A stretch of 64,000 nucleotides of DNA from Callorhinchus milii (taxonomy: Eukaryota): NCBI RefSeq assembly GCF_018977255.1, contig NW_024704760.1:992001-1056000 (forward strand). The letters are read 5' to 3'. The notes under the pieces are model-generated. The model was not told the origin of the DNA. It was given only the letters and a program-made list of their open reading frames with translations, and ran no database searches. Below are positions 24,681 through 39,830 of the stretch, piece by piece (positions within the stretch are counted from its first letter, which is position 1; the number at the start of each line of letters is the position of its first letter). The translations under genes and the position numbers were made by a program.

Positions 24681-27600
24681 AGAAAATCAATTTATTTTTC
24701 TGGAGGTGGGGGGGAAGTAAGTGTCTTTTCTCACCTTTGTTTTTTTTTGCACAATGTCCACACAAACCCAACTCTTTGTTGGCATTAAGTTATTTTAAAT
24801 TCTCATTTACTCCCTTTCCTCCTCATCACCTTTTTTTTCCCCTCATTTCTCCTCCACCTTTCTCCTTCTTGTCTTTTTCTTTTTAAACTATATTTTTTTT
24901 AAAAAAAAAGAAGAAACTTGCTGTAGTTGATGGGGAGTCTAACCAAACCTCGGTTTGTGTGCGCGTGTACGTGTTTTTAAAAAAGAGGATCTAAAATAAC
25001 TCGTATAAATATACTTAAAACATATACAGGTTATTTTAAATATATTTTAAGCGACCGTTTGTGGGACACTGCTGTTCGCAATTGTCTGCCTCGTTTCCCC
25101 CCCTCCCCAAAAAAAATCCAGTCCACTTTACAGTATATTCTGTGAAGCGCTTTGAGACTTCTCAAAGACGAGGTAAGTCGCTATATATCAAATGCCAGGA
25201 TTGTTGTTATTATTTTGAAGGAATGTGAGCTTNNNNNNNNNNNNNNNNNNNNNNNNNNNNNNNNNNNNNNNNNNNNNNNNNNNNNNNNNNNNNNNNNNNN
25301 NNNNNNNNNNNNNNNNNNNNNNNNNNNNNNNNNNNNNNNNNNNNNNNNNNNNNNNNNNNNNNNNNNNNNNNNNNNNNNNNNNNNNNNNNNNNNNNNNNNN
25401 NNNNNNNNNNNNNNNNNNNNNNNNNNNNNNNNNNNNNNNNNNNNNNNNNNNGGATTTTCTTTCATTGTGTTTGTTTTTTCTGTGTGTAACTTTCAGTAGG
25501 CGGCAGTGACTCGTGTGTAACCGCTGTGATTTGGGACTGTTGAAAGGGGGTGTGGTTGGTGTTGGTGGTGTGGTTTTAGCCGGGGGTGGGGTGGGGGGGG
25601 AAGAGTGGAAACTGGCTGCAGTTTAGCAGGAAAAACTTATTTCTTCCTGCCCAGTGGATTTTACCCCTCCACACACACACGCAAAAAATCTTCATGGTTG
25701 CTACGTGTAAATTGGCTTCTGCACCAGCCTACAAATACGGTCTTTATAAGTGTTCTCTGTGAAACGCTTTGAAATCATCCTGTTGACAGGATGAGGATCT
25801 CTATATCACATGCAGGGGTTGTATTCTTTATTATTTATCTTTGCTCAGAAACGAAAGACGCAGAATTGTTTTTTTGATGCAGTAGATGGAAAAGATGCGT
25901 GCTTTTCTTGTTTTGTAATCTGCAGCTATCTGATCCCGATCTTGCTTTTGGAAAAGTTCCTGCTTTTGGTTTTGTGGGGGCTGGGGCAGGGAATTTTTTT
26001 TAAAAAAAAAGGATGTCAGACATGTTTTAAAGGGAACTATGCCAATTTAAAAGGACTGTTGAGAACAGTTTGTGTGCTTTTTTTTTACTATATTTTCGTA
26101 ACAAAATATTAACTCAGTTTTTAATTTTAATCTTGATCTGTGATGGCACAGTACTTAGTCCTTGGCTGCTGACCACCTCATTCTGGTAACATTTCAATGT
26201 GATTGATGAAATGTACTGATAATTATGAATGATTATCGGTAATTGTGTTTTTCTATCAATATTCTGTAAAATGTCCTGTAACGTCTCATAAAATGATGAT
26301 GTTGTAGGGTGTCGATCGCTTTTAGTATAATATTGTGCTTCGTTCATAGATGGATTCTCTTTCGAACATCAAGTAGTTGAAATTATTACATTAGCATTTT
26401 TTTTAAAATTCCAACCAATTTTATTATCTACTCTTCCTACATCTTTAAACACTGACCATCTTATACAATCTTATGTGGAACTGAATTAGCTCCCACAGTG
26501 GCTGCTGAATCATCCCTGTGTTAATGACTACACCTCTAATAATGATTATTCAGCTCCTGCAGTCGGCCTCAGTGCGTCCTTCGGTTTAGGTAGGACTTCT
26601 GTGTTGTTTTCTGTTCCCTTTGTTGAAAGGCAACGGTTTAATAGAATAGGAGAGAACTATATTCAGTTCTATTTTACGATTCGTTATGAGTTAGCAAAAG
26701 TAACAAGGGGTACAAGGAAAGAAGTGGAAAGAGAGATTGATACAAAATGATAAGTTAAATAAAAGGATAACTTAAAAAGGTGATAGTGGCACGAAATGTT
26801 TCCCTTGTGGGTTGAAAATTCCTATTTGTATGTTCAGTCGGTCCTTAAACGCCTCGAAGATGTGATAAGGCGCTATATCAAATGTAAGGGTTATTATTTT
26901 TCTGTCATGCATTATTTGCTTAGAAAAACTTGATTTTAGGCTTGCAGTTTTGTATCCACTTGGCTCAATTCAACCATTGAATGCTGATTGATTCCTCCTT
27001 ACAGATCATTGAACAGAGTAAGGAATCTGTTAATGATAACAAACCCAAATTTGTGTACATAATCAAGGTTTCAAACCATGTCGGTTGATTGTTTTGACAA
27101 ATAAAGATATAAAGATAAAGCAATCACTGGCATTTCTAAAATTCCTAATACCTATGGATAAGTGCCTTCCAGGTTACTGTGTCCCATTCACAAATCAGCT
27201 GTTTGTTCGTCTTCTAAGTGTGTTATAATTAAAACCTGGAGGAAAAAGAATATACTTTAGGTGCATTTTTTTAAAAAAACATAATGATCGTGGGGTTGAG
27301 GTATAGTGTGTTTTGTCCCTTATATGTACTCTTGCAGTTAGAAAAGGGCAATAAATACAGATGAAATCTAGGTCCTCTTCATACCTTGCGTCTTATATAT
27401 TTCAATCTTTCTTCTGTAATATCACACCCATAAGTCTATTACATACAAACAGCCTTCATTTTTCTATGTGATGCTTGTGCTGACACCATCATCTGATGCC
27501 AGTATGGTTTTGATAATAACTACTTTGCCAGACAGGGACCACTGCGTTTAGCAGCTGTTCAGTGGACCAAAGAATTCATTCCTAGGCCAAGTGAGCTTGC

Positions 27601-30294
27601 CTTATTGTGCTCCCATATACAGGAAGAAGCTTCCGGTGGCAGCTTTTTCCAAGTTGTCTGCAAAAAAAACGCATGCTAATTTCTGTTGAGAGAGCAGTAA
27701 TTGTGGGCAGTTGTCAATACTCTGATCCAGGGATTCTGCTACCTTAATAATAGTTCTTGTCTATGATCGCACACACTGTCTATTTTATATAAATTAGAGC
27801 CACTTATGTGGAGGTTACTAACAATTGTGCTAAACAGCTCCCGATTACCTCATTTATTCTGGATTATGAACTTGGTTTTACTTCCTCTTCCAGGCAGTTT
27901 CACAAACTAATTATCTTAATGACTTGTCATATTTCTAGTTCTGGCTTGAGTTTGACTTCAGATCAAAGGTTTTGGAAGGAGCAGCTGAACTGCTTTTTTA
28001 TAAATGTCTTTTTATAACAAAAAATGTTGTGCCAAACTCTAATTTTAAACTTGAATCTCATAAAAATATGTCTGAAGAGAGGTGCAAACCACTCAGCTGT
28101 TAAAGCCCTATGAAAGTTACACTAGTCCAGACTTCAGTGAAATAGTTTTGTTGCTTTATGGCATTTTATATATGTGGTAGGAATAAGTCCCCTCTTTCAA
28201 TTTTTTTTAAACATTAAATTCATCACAGTCATGGATGGGACCTACACAGCTCATTCAGACCTCTCGCATGCGTCAGTTCCACTTAGATGTAGGGTAAATT
28301 CCATTTTGCCAGGTCATATTGCATATCATGTTTCATACTCTGTTGTTCTCTATTATATGTAATGGATTTTGTCTGTAGATATCATTCACTTATGATGATT
28401 TATAAAACGACTGTCAGAGCTAAGACTTGTAGCATATTGCATTTGATTGGGCTTGAATTTGCATTTATTAATAATAATAATCCTTGCATTTAATACGCAT
28501 CAATGCGCATTACAAAATACACTGTAAAGTGAAGTGTCTGTATATTTTGTGGGTGGTTGTAATGATCAGTGATTTTAATTTTTAATGATATATTCAGCCT
28601 CCCACCTGAGTCTACCAGTCTCTGCCACCTTTACTTCAGTTTTCTCGTTAACTTTAATCAGCAGAGATAATAATAATAGTTCTTTACATTTGGTGTAGCG
28701 CCTTTCACATCGGGAGAACGTCTCAAAGCACTTCACTCTGAAAAGGAATAACATACCTATTTTGCAGTATAGACAAAGACCTATTCTGTGAGGTAGGGAC
28801 CCCAGCTGCATTAGGTCACAAAGGATCAGATGCAGTGAGAAAGCAGAGAAAGAAACAAAAGATTAGAGAATAAGGGATTAAACACTCAGGTACTTGGAAC
28901 TGTTGAACTAACTCTGTTTGTCACCTCACCAAACCTGGAGAGTAATTTATCTTTGAGTAAGTGATTAGGGGTATTTTTACAGCCATTTTCTCATTTTGTC
29001 CTGTGCATACTATCGACAGTCTTTTGAAGCTATGTGAACCCATTGTGCATTTCAACTTCTGTTTTATAGACAAGCCTAACATTAGTGTTATCATTTTAGT
29101 CTGTTTGAGATGTAGCTTTCCCTGTTCTTATTTTCTTTATCCAGTATTTGTTTTGCCTTTGTTCGGTGGTTGAAATTGGGAATATCTACAGTGTAGACGT
29201 TTATGTGTACAAATTTGTGCTCCAATGTTAGAATTTAGACCGCTGCACTCTCAGAAACATTGATTATAATATTTTGTTATCAATGGCTTAAGAGTATGAA
29301 AATATTTAAGTTTTTGTAGTAGGTTTGTTTAACTAGCACATAGTTTGCATGCATTGCTGATTCTACGTTTTGCCCCCGGGGTTTCTGTCAATCATGGAAC
29401 CCAAACTCTGGGGCTTTTAAGACTTATTTGAATAAACACAAGAAATGTGAAATTGTAACTCCTTGTGATTTTAAAAGACAAATTAGTTGAACCTTCATGC
29501 TGTCTGTTCCAGTTGAATGGTCTATTGGTTAATCTATTTTCACAATGCTGACCTTTCTTTTTGAAGGAACGGTATGTTAACCAAATAAATGTGGACTGTA
29601 CTTTTCATGTAAAGCTTCACAGATATCAAGGTCTTGCTGTTGTGTCCATCAGTTCTTCTAGAATAGGAAAACCTGTTTGGTTCATACTGAAGAGCGTATG
29701 CTAATCCAATGCACAAGCTCTTGGGAGTTCTTGAAGTGTTGATTTTGTTTTCAAAAAGTTCTTCAAATTGTGTGTGGAGAGTGAAGAGTCCGTTTGAACA
29801 GTGCTTTTTATTTGAATATCTCTGAGGTGATCTGCCTCTTTGCCTGCTTTCTGTGTATCTCTCTTCTTCTGTAACTATTTTTCTTTTTCACTTATTTTAC
29901 AACAGCTCACTCAATACGAGTGCAGTTTTAAAATGTTTATTTGCCATCCTCAATGCATTCAGTATAATATTGTACTTGCAACTGCAACTTGCACACTGGA
30001 TTTTACCTTGGGCTGCATATCTTAATTAACTTTTAAGAAATATAATAACTTTTCTATTTGACATAGTGAATTTTAAACAGGTCAAACCACTTCTCAGAAT
30101 ACACTGGAAAATGTATTGACTGCATATTTGTAGGTGAAAATGTAGGCTCTGTACATTTTTCTGCACATATAGCATGAGACTCGATTGCTTGGTTTTGCTA
30201 TTGACAGGTAGATGTTGTGTGGCGCACCTGTCAAGTCATGCATCAGGTCAATTTAGATAGGAGCACTAAAACTATTTTGTTTTCCAGAGCCAAC

Positions 30295-30393
30295 ATGAAT
30301 TTAGAAAATCTCAGTAAGCCGGAATTGTTGATGTTCTTCAGTGTGCTTGAGGGCGAACTGGAAGCACGAGACGTTGTGATTGAAGCATTACAG
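30295..30393 (+). CDS. CTTNBP2NL: CTTNBP2 N-terminal-like protein, coding exon 1 (MNLENLSKPELLMFFSVLEGELEARDVVIEALQ)
   Basis: Acceptor tttccag ends 30287, ATG in gccaacATG context at 30295, donor GTAGGT at 30394. The peptide closely matches the recalled vertebrate CTTNBP2NL start (MNLEKLSKPELLTLFSILEGELEARDLVIEALK). Confidence 0.96.
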
Positions 30394-33300
30394 GTAGGTG
30401 TCACCAGTTTTCTTTTTGACGTGACCTGGCTAAAGATTAGGTGTATTTTTTCTGCTTTTTTTATAGAAAGGGAATCTAGTCTTCCCAATTACATTATGCT
30501 ATGGACAGACACTAGTGCCAGACGTATTGCTGTTGACTAGTAACTAATGGCCTGTGACTGTTCTAGTTATATCCCAACACACACATTCACCACATTGTAC
30601 CACCACAAGGAGGTTTGTCGTCTCGAAGGTTCAGTAAAAGCCCTTGTGCAAGTTTGTGTGAGGTGTGGACGATATTTGTAGTTTCTGGCTATGCAAGTTG
30701 CAGTCCAAGGTGGTTTAACAATAGTTCCACTAGTACGAATTGGCAAGGTACATTGTGTGAAAGTGGAAATGGTGTGATTACATTCCCTGATTTACATGAT
30801 AACACTTCAACTGGAGTACTGTATAAAACTCATTGTGGTTTAAATTCCAGCATTCTGTTATGTTTTGAGAGAAAAGATCTTTCAAAGCTGATTGAGGATC
30901 TAGTATGAGAGATTCGTAACTTGTGAAGAGATTGCATGCAGCCAGTCGACCTTTTCGGCGTCCCTGTGGCAATGGAAGCTTTCCATGTTGGCTGTTTGAG
31001 TACAGGAAGTAATTTTTGAAAGCAGTGCAAAGGCAGGAAAAGTAAGGTAGTGTGACATGAACAGGAGCAGAAATTGGCCCAATAATATTAAGGGGCTTGA
31101 CCTTTAGTGCACCCGAGTGGTGTACTAAAGGCGAATAATCTTCGTATTATACAAGCAGGCCAGTTAAAAGATTACATTTTATATTTGCGATTAGGTTAGT
31201 CTTATTGCCTTCATTTTCCCAGTACCTTGCTGGCAGTCCATCATATTCTTAATTGTAGGCAGCTGTCTATGTGGCCAAAGTATATTTTAAATAGCACCAA
31301 TGTTAATTAAGTCTACACTGTACAATTTGCACTAATATTGGGGTCTATCATACACTGATTATTAAAAGTAACATTTTGAAACATAGCAGAAAGATAACTT
31401 ATTTTGGGGATCAGCATATGAAAGATCCCATTATGTGGATTTTGGCTCAGCAAGTTTAGCTGACAATTGAGCAGTAAATTGAGTATAGATGGCTGTTGTT
31501 TGATAACCAAATTATTATTAATGTAGCTTTTATAATGTAGAAAACTGAATTTCTTGTTGCTGCTATAACGGCTTTGACGTGTCAGAAACTTCTAAAGCAA
31601 CTTGACGTCTTTCCCTTTTTAACTTTTTTTTGAGTGTGGAAAAATGTGGCTTTGGTGGATTTGCAGTCTAAATTCTTGCCAGTTCCATAAATATACAAGA
31701 TGTCATCGTTAGCTGTCTAGTCAGCAATGATTAAATATTTGCCACAAGGAAGGTTGACTCCATTCTGTCTTAGCAATCTTCCCCTCCTCCCACTCTCTTC
31801 CCCACCTCAGAAAAGCAACCTCTGCACCAATGTAACCTTTTCAACTTCCTGTATTTGCTCAGCAAGAAGTTAGCAAAAAGTGCTCAATTAAAAGCAAATA
31901 TATAAAATAGATCTAAATTGCAGGGGTGTAAATGTTAAGCTTTCTTGGATTGAAGCTTCTTCTCTGAATTGGTTTGAAAAGCAATGAGAAAAGTGTGCTT
32001 TAATTGCCTGTAATGGCTGACGTCGGGGTCTCCAGTATTTCTCCTCGAATAGAAGCAGCTTCTCGTTTTAAAGAGAGTGCGCTGATAAGTTAGTGCAAGA
32101 AATCCGATGCGTGTTTCTGTGTGTATAAGCCATCCAAAGGGTCCTAAAAATATGTGCAAGCTAAACCCAGCATTGTACTGTTGAATGCACAGCACTGAAG
32201 AATGAAATATTAACAAGTACTAACTGGTTGTGCATTACTAATAGGGAGGTTTGTTTAGAATTGTAATGCCAGGATAATGCTGGTAGAGATAGTCTAGAGT
32301 ACTTGATTGTATTGTGTTTAGTAAGTTTTCCGATTTTATGCTGTCAAAAGTTTCATGCATCAGATTGACAGTCCCTGTGGCACTATTTTAAAGAAGAATG
32401 GGGAGTTCTCCCAGTGTGTTGTCCAGTCTCATCCATCATCTAAAAAAAAATTCACAAAAAAACAAACGAATAGGTCATTTCATTGTTTGTGGGATATTGC
32501 CAGTGTAGATAATAATTAGCTTCTGGATTTCTTACACCAATCAGATGAGAGGAAAGTTCCTTTCATAAAGACTCTCGTCCTGCATCTGTTTGAATAATGG
32601 CATGACTGTGCAGTTACTCGCCATTAGTCAAGCAAAGCAACATGTCTAAAAAAATCACTTGCTAGAATACAGCTGCCGAAGGTTTCCTTTTGTGTTCATT
32701 CTCCTTCATGTCCCTTTTACACAGTCATTCAGCCTTCCATGTGATTGCATAAAAGCACATTTATATTTAAAGTCTGCACAACATCTGACTGTAAATGTAA
32801 TAGCTAGCCTCTGTTACATAAAGGTACAGTCTCTCCTTGTGACTGATTCGTTTCTAGTTTATCATCTAAGTAAACATGTTATGATGTAATTGAACAGGCA
32901 GAATTTTCAACTGTGAACCTTTCATAATTATAATTTTAAAGGGTTGGCATAATGTTGAAAGACAATAATAATAATCCTTGCATTTAATATAGCATCTTAC
33001 GATGTCTTTGAGATGTCTCAAAGCGCTTCACAGAATATCCTGTAAAGTGAATTGACTGTATATTATGTGGGCCAAACGGTACTACTTGACAAAAATAACA
33101 GGGATGATCCTCCAATTGTAGGTAAATTTACTGACCTTGGAAAGTGAGCGAGCATCTTATTGTCTGTCTGCACGCTCACTATAACATCCCCAATGTAAGC
33201 TCTTGGTGCCAAAGTTGGTAAATTTATTGATCGGCAGCTTCTGTTGAGACTGATCTCTACAGGGTATATCGTATCAATTTGCTGACTTTAGAGCTTTATG

Positions 33301-34164
33301 TTTTGAAGTGAAAAGTCAAGATTTCATTTCAGCACATATTCTACAGTTCTGATAATAGTTTGTTGTCTTTCCTTACTCAAGCAAATCTATTTAATCTTCA
33401 TAAAATGTTGATGTGATGTTGTAATCTAGGGCAGAATGTGGTGCACTTCTTTAAATTTAGGATTTCTGTAGCTTCTGATGCACACAACTGTTGCACAATC
33501 CCATGTTACAAACTTCTATGATTTAACGGCGCATAAAGTTACATAATTCTTAACCATTCATCCCACTCACCAAGTAGAGTCACAGTAAAGCCTCATTGTC
33601 TGGATTCAAACAGTGTGCCTTTATCCTTCATTGCAGACAGCTGTCTTTATCTGGATATGATGTGCAGTCATATCCTGAACTGTATTGGTTACAGAGTGTG
33701 GGCCACTTCAGTGAAGTGTGAAATGTTTTTGAGAGACTAGATAATGAGGTTTCATCGTTGCAGTTAATGGTGTAAACCGTGAGGTGAGAGCAAGTTAGTT
33801 GACTTCAGGCCTACTGTTATGAAATCTCCATGAGTAGGCTTAACTTATTTTCAGCAATAACTTTTGCTTGGTATTGAAGATGCAATAGCCCAGTTATATG
33901 AAAGTACAGTATTATCTTGCAGCTAGTAATATGATGATAAAATAATTGAAATGTTTCTTTAAAGACAAATGCTCCTTGCTGAGTCAAAAGGCTTTTATAT
34001 CAACATTTGAATAAATTTTCATATCCAAGAGACACATTTTTAGAAGTTTCTTCTGCAACTATCTTACACAGGCCAGATACCTCGGGTTCAATTTTATTGC
34101 TCAATAGGGGAGATTGTATGACTATCTTAAAATGACCAGTATTTTCATGTGATAATTTGATTAG

Positions 34165-34530
34165 GTGTCAGCCTCGCTCAGTGCTATCTCAGTGAGATAG
34201 TCCTCTCGCCTCTGAGTCAGCAGGGTGTGTGTTCAAACCCCAGGTTGGGACCTTGAGCTCATAGTTTAGGCTGATCCTCTGTTGCAGCGTAGTGCTGGTG
34301 GAACATTGAGTTGTCGGAAGTGCCATCTTTCCGATGAGGCATTAAACTGAGGTCCCGTTGGTCTTCCAGTCTCCCGGCAAGCCCTCCCCCCCCCGCCCCG
34401 CCCCACTGATTAACAGAAAGAAGGTTCACATTTGTGCGACGTTGCTGTGCACAAATAGACGCTACATTTTGAAAACTCAGTTAAGACTTTTTAACATAAG
34501 GCGTTGTATCAAATGCTAAGCTTATTATTT
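34165..34530 (+). mobile_element. Deu-domain SINE (SacSINE1-like), degraded
   Basis: Head CTCTCGCCTCTGAGTCAG...TAGGCTGA, then the Deu-type block TGCCATCTTTCCGATGAGGCATTAAACTGAGGTCCC and a tail remnant. Confidence 0.75.
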
Positions 34531-35514
34531 TAACTGCTTTAAATCTTATGGAAAATTATGATTCAGGCCGTTTTTAAACTGTGCTTAGTAACACACAGGT
34601 GTGGTGTGCTTGTCTCTTGTTTCCTGATAACAATCACACCCTGTTGTTCAGTGTGTTTGCCAGGTGGGAGAATCGGTTGTTGGTTTACAGGTATGTCATG
34701 ATCTCATCGCATTTCTTAAAGATCTGGGTAGCTTTTCAAGTTAGGCCGGGTTGCAGATTCTTTCAAAACAGTCCATCTCAATAAAGCATCTGAAACCTGA
34801 ATCTTCAGAATTGCTAACTGAACATTTAAGTTGTCATAAGATTCCAGTGGTGAAGAGATGAAACAATAACACCATAAGCCATAAAACTTGCAGTGTAGTG
34901 AAGAGCCGTTGCCATTTTAAAATGGAAATTAGACATTGTGCAAGTTGTGCTTAGATTCAAGGATATGTCATGGATACAGAATGCATTGAAGGTTGGGGTA
35001 TACTTAATGTTGACAGTTTCTACTGTTTTCTGAATCTACGTAAAACTTAACTGTTTACAAAAGTGTATAGAAACAGTAGGACTCTGTAGGGGAGAGATCA
35101 CGAACGGGTTTATCAGCAAGATTGTTTGGAGGGGTGGGGGTGGCAGGTGCTTGAAGAAATGCAAGCACCTCAAACAGCCTGAATGACATTAGCCTCCCTG
35201 TTGAATGCCCTTATCATGGGTTAATATCGGGCCACAATGAAGCCGTTGTGTGGCTTCAAACCAGGTGCAACTTTCTTTTTCTGCATTCTAAATCTAGCAA
35301 AAAGGCAACTGAATGAATTTTCGAGGCTTTGTCGTCCAGTCCAAAGGATATAGTAGTTGAGTCATGATAAACACATGACTGGTTTACCAAGAAATGTTGC
35401 TGCACGATCAGAATTTCCAGCTATAAGTAGCCAAGACTGTTATGTAGCCCACTAACATTCATTCAGCAATTCAAAAAAAGTTAAACATTTTGTGCAAATC
35501 TGATTTGCATTCTA

Positions 35515-36027
35515 AACAACAACAACAACAAAATCACATCTATAGAGCGTCTTTTACGTCGGGAGGACGTCCCAAGGCGCTGAACAGTCAGTTGTCGGGG
35601 CCCGAGCATGGGGGAGGGGTTGTGTAGCGGTGAGGGAAGGCAGAGAGGTGGGACGGAGACCAAAGTCATGATTGAAGAGAAGGGTCTTGAGACCGGCCTT
35701 GAAGGAGGCAAGAGAGGAAGCGAGGCGAAGGGACCGTGGGATGAAGTTCCAGAGTGTGGGGTCAGAGAGGCTGAAGCCCGGCCACCGATGGTCAGGCGGG
35801 AGACATGGAGCAGCCGGAGCCCGATGAACGGAGGGAGCGGGCAGGTTGGTAGGGAGTCAGCAGGTCAGAGAGGTAGGAGGGGGCAAGGCCATGGATGGCC
35901 TTGAAGGTGAGGATGAGAATCTTGAACTTGATCCTCTGGGGGATGGGGAGCCAGTGGAGTCGGGCGAGGGTGGGAGTGATGGGGTCACGGAGCCTGGTGC
36001 GTGAGATTACACGAGCTGCAGAGTTTT
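35515..36027 (-). mobile_element. L2 LINE 3' fragment
   Basis: Reverse complement of the same L2 end; (CAA)n tail at ~35515 and the IKFKILILTFKAIH frame on the minus strand. Confidence 0.9.
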
Positions 36028-39000
36028 GGAAAGAAAAGCGTCAATCACTTGTGAATATTGACTTACTGCTGAGCATTTCCACAACAGAATTTTTTTTTCT
36101 TACTTTTTTTTAAAAATCCACGTTCCGCCCACAAAATATACAGTCAATTCACTTTACAGTATATTCTGTGAAGCGCTTTGAGATGCCTCAAAGACGTGAT
36201 AAGGCACTACATCAAATGCAAGTATTATAATGTGGAAAAATGTATGCCTTTTAGGCTTGAATAGATTTCCCAAACCTCAAAACATCCAATTTAACTTGTA
36301 GTGTTTTTTTTTAAAAAAATGTTGCTGTCAGGTATTGATCCTCGTAAAAGGCCGGAAATTTGCTGCAGTGTTCATTTCTTAACACAGCGAATCTTTTTAC
36401 AACACCAAGTTACTAAAGAAAGAAAAAGGTAATCATACAAGCATATTCTTTACAAGCATCAACATGAATGATTATGCTGTGGTTGTGTAGGCTGCTGCAG
36501 TGCAGTAGCACAGCGTAACCCATCTGCCATGTTGTTCCCATGAACAAAGAACTGACATAATTATAGTATTTTTCAGAAAGAGCAATTGTGTGCCATGTTT
36601 TGTTGCATATTTGAGAGCTGCTGTGATCCTGCAAGCTATTGTATAGCTCTGGAAATGACCCTTTTACAGTGTAAAATGTTCCGAATCATTGGTCCCACAA
36701 ACCCTACTTAATGTATCTCTATCACCAATTCCCATGTTGAGCAGCTTTTGTAAAATTACAGATTCATTTGAGCTTCAAAAGTGATAATCTCATGTTACTT
36801 CGTCTCGTAGGAACAAGAGTAGGCAATTCAGCTTCTCGAGCCTGTTCCGCCATTCTACAATATCATAAATATAGAAATCTCAGTTATTGAATACTAATCT
36901 TGTGTTTCTCATGTTTGAACGTTTCCAGATTACAAATTTGCAGTAGATGTATGACAGCACATTCCAAATTGATTTAAAAAAAAGTTAGCCAGTATAAATA
37001 GCTTAGGTGAACAAATTGCTCTTACAGGACATTGCGTGAGGTTAATCCCTTCACATTCATTGGAGGCTGAATGTTCTTGTTTTTAAATTATTATTGTGTA
37101 TATTTTTATCCTGGAATACTGAACAAAAAAAACCCTATGTTTTAACTAATTTGGTTAAAAATAGATCTGGAGACTTTGAGGTAACTAGTGTTTATATTCA
37201 CTTTTGTTTTCTGAACAATGTACAATATTGAAAATATTACTGGGATTGTTCTGGTTGAGGATATTTGTTCCCTCACTCTCTTTCTTCAAGGAAAAGGCTT
37301 TATTACAACACACACATGCAGCAGTTCAGGCTTGCTCTCAAAGGTCAGTGAATTGTACAAACTGGAGCCACAGAAACAGGAGTGGCTAATTACATTGCTC
37401 CTGTATACACTCCGTAATGAATGGCAGGAAGCACTGAACTGGGCTCCTTTTGTTTCATTTATTGGCATGGATAGTCGGATTGTTGGTCAGTGTCAAAATA
37501 CATGAACGCTTCAGTAGAAAGTAAATAAATTGAAGAAGCACTAGCCAGCCTACTGTTGTACTGAGAATGCTGAAGTTAAACGCTTTTGAGAACCGTGACA
37601 AATCGAGTGCAAATAGAAAACGTTGCTCCAGATTTACAAATGGTCTTGTCGTTTCTCGTGCTCCTATCTTCCAGAAATTGATTTTCTCTCCCGTTTTTTT
37701 GTGTGAATGCAATATCTCCATGTCGTACATCATTCCTGGCCAGGAATCCTGGCTGGGCACTTGCTCAACAACAACTTGCATTGATATAGTGGCCTTCACG
37801 CAGGGTAGCATCTGAGTGCTTGACAGTGGTGGAGTCTGACACGGAGCCAGGCTTCTGCCAATGCAGCTGTTTCACCAAGCACAAGGTGATTCAGTGTGAC
37901 TGCCATCCTGACTGCAACCCTTCCTTTGGCGAAGTGCTTAAAAATAGTGAAATATTTTTTAGCTGCTTGATTGCTAAAACACATTCAGGCAGTGAAGAGA
38001 GTTCATTGATGGTTGAGTGAATGTGCTGAGAAGGTGTAAGATTGGTCAGCATTCTGCCTGATTAATTGTACAGTGCAATACAATTGGGCTTGATATTGCA
38101 CAGTTACCAGTACTGTCCCATTAAATATTTATTTTTCTGCTCAGTAAATAAGACCTGCTCAGATCTTTGGTGGTATTTTCTCCAACTGCATTCCTCTCTT
38201 GAAGCTGGCTGAAGGAGGTAAATGAAGCAGGAGTGGGGATTTGGGGAGGTAAAGCAGAGTGGAGAAATGTGTGATGATAAATGGAGGTTCCACAGTCAGT
38301 ACATGAGAGTTCAAGAAGAGAAGATCCAGACTCACCAAGCAGGAATGAGAATAAATGTTTACTGATGGTATCCGGCAGCAACCTAGAAGAATTTGAACAT
38401 ATATGGATTGGATATTTTAAGAAGATTAAGCTGGCTATAATTCAAAAAGACAATGCTTTTTGTACTTTGACAATTAAATCCTGTCACACAACATAAAATG
38501 CTGAACTTCCTTCCCCTAGGAAAACATAAACCGTAAGTAAGATTGTTGAATCAAGCACACGCTCTGAAGTTTAGGGTAGCAAAGGTTGTGTAGCGATGGA
38601 AAGGGCCATGGAATTTGAATTGGCTTGGGATTCTGCTGGCTTTACACAGCAGTGAACATGTATGTACTGTGCAATACAAAACCTATGCCTAGAGGGTGCC
38701 TTTGAGGGTCAAAAGAGATTCGGCACAATTGGGATGGTTTATGTAGCCAGGTTCATATCAGAATACAGACCATGAAAAAATAGCGTTATTTGGCAGTTTA
38801 GTGGAAGTTTGATACAAGCAGTCTTGTATTTATTTGACTGTTGGTAGCAAACAGTAATGCCAAGGTAAGATCTCACTAGGTTATCCCTGTGACCTCATTT
38901 CCACTTGGGAGCCAGAATGAACCTATATCCATCCTGTTCTTAAAGAAAACATTGGAAGAGAAGAGGAAAGCTCCATATTCCCTTCCCTTATCCTCCCAGG

Positions 39001-39473
39001 GAATTCTTCCAAATAGGATTTCCTGTGGATCAGTGCTTTGGGAACACCTCAGCATGCTGATAAGTGCATTCAGACATCAGGACATCATTAACCCACTCAG
39101 TTTTACACAGCTGGTTTTGATGCAACTGGTCTGTCATTCCTCATTTCAGGATATTCACGCTTGAAATGCAACAATGGCATCTTAGAGAACGGCAGTTTAT
39201 GTAGTTTACAGACTACAGTACTATTGAACACCATTTGTAGAATTGTTATTTTTCAGATTATTAATAAGATAGTCCAATGAATGCCAACTCCAGTAACAAA
39301 ATCAAGCTCTGCCTTCCCAAAATCTGAGGAACAAATTTAGCTTTGAATTCCATGTCAGCTGCAAACCATAACAAGCAGGAAGTGACTATGGCCTTCATTG
39401 CAGCAGGAATTGTAATTAGAAGTTTGACTTTTGGTAATACAGAAGCCATTATTTAAAGAGCCCTCACTAGCAG

Positions 39474-39830
39474 TGGAGTCCTGTAGCTTAGTAGTTCGAG
39501 CACTCGTCTCAAGCAAGAGGACCTGGGTTCGATTCCCGGGCAGGGCAAAACGTTGGGCAAGTTTCGTTACTCCACATGCCTCTGTTTACCTAGCAGTAAG
39601 TAGGAACCCGGTTGGTAGTCGATTAGAGGAATGCTTTTCCGGGGATGATAACCAATAATAATTTGATTACTCAATCCAAGACTGTTAATGGGACACTGTT
39701 GTGTGCAATTGGCTGCCACGTTTCACCCACAAAATATACAGTCAATTCACTTTATAGTATATTCTGTGAAGTGCTTGGAGACTTCTCGAAGACGTGATAA
39801 GGCATATCAAATACAAGGATTTATTATTAT
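39474..39830 (+). mobile_element. tRNA-derived SINE, full length (intronic)
   Basis: GGAGTCCTGTAGC head through to the GGATTTATTATT tail. Confidence 0.9.
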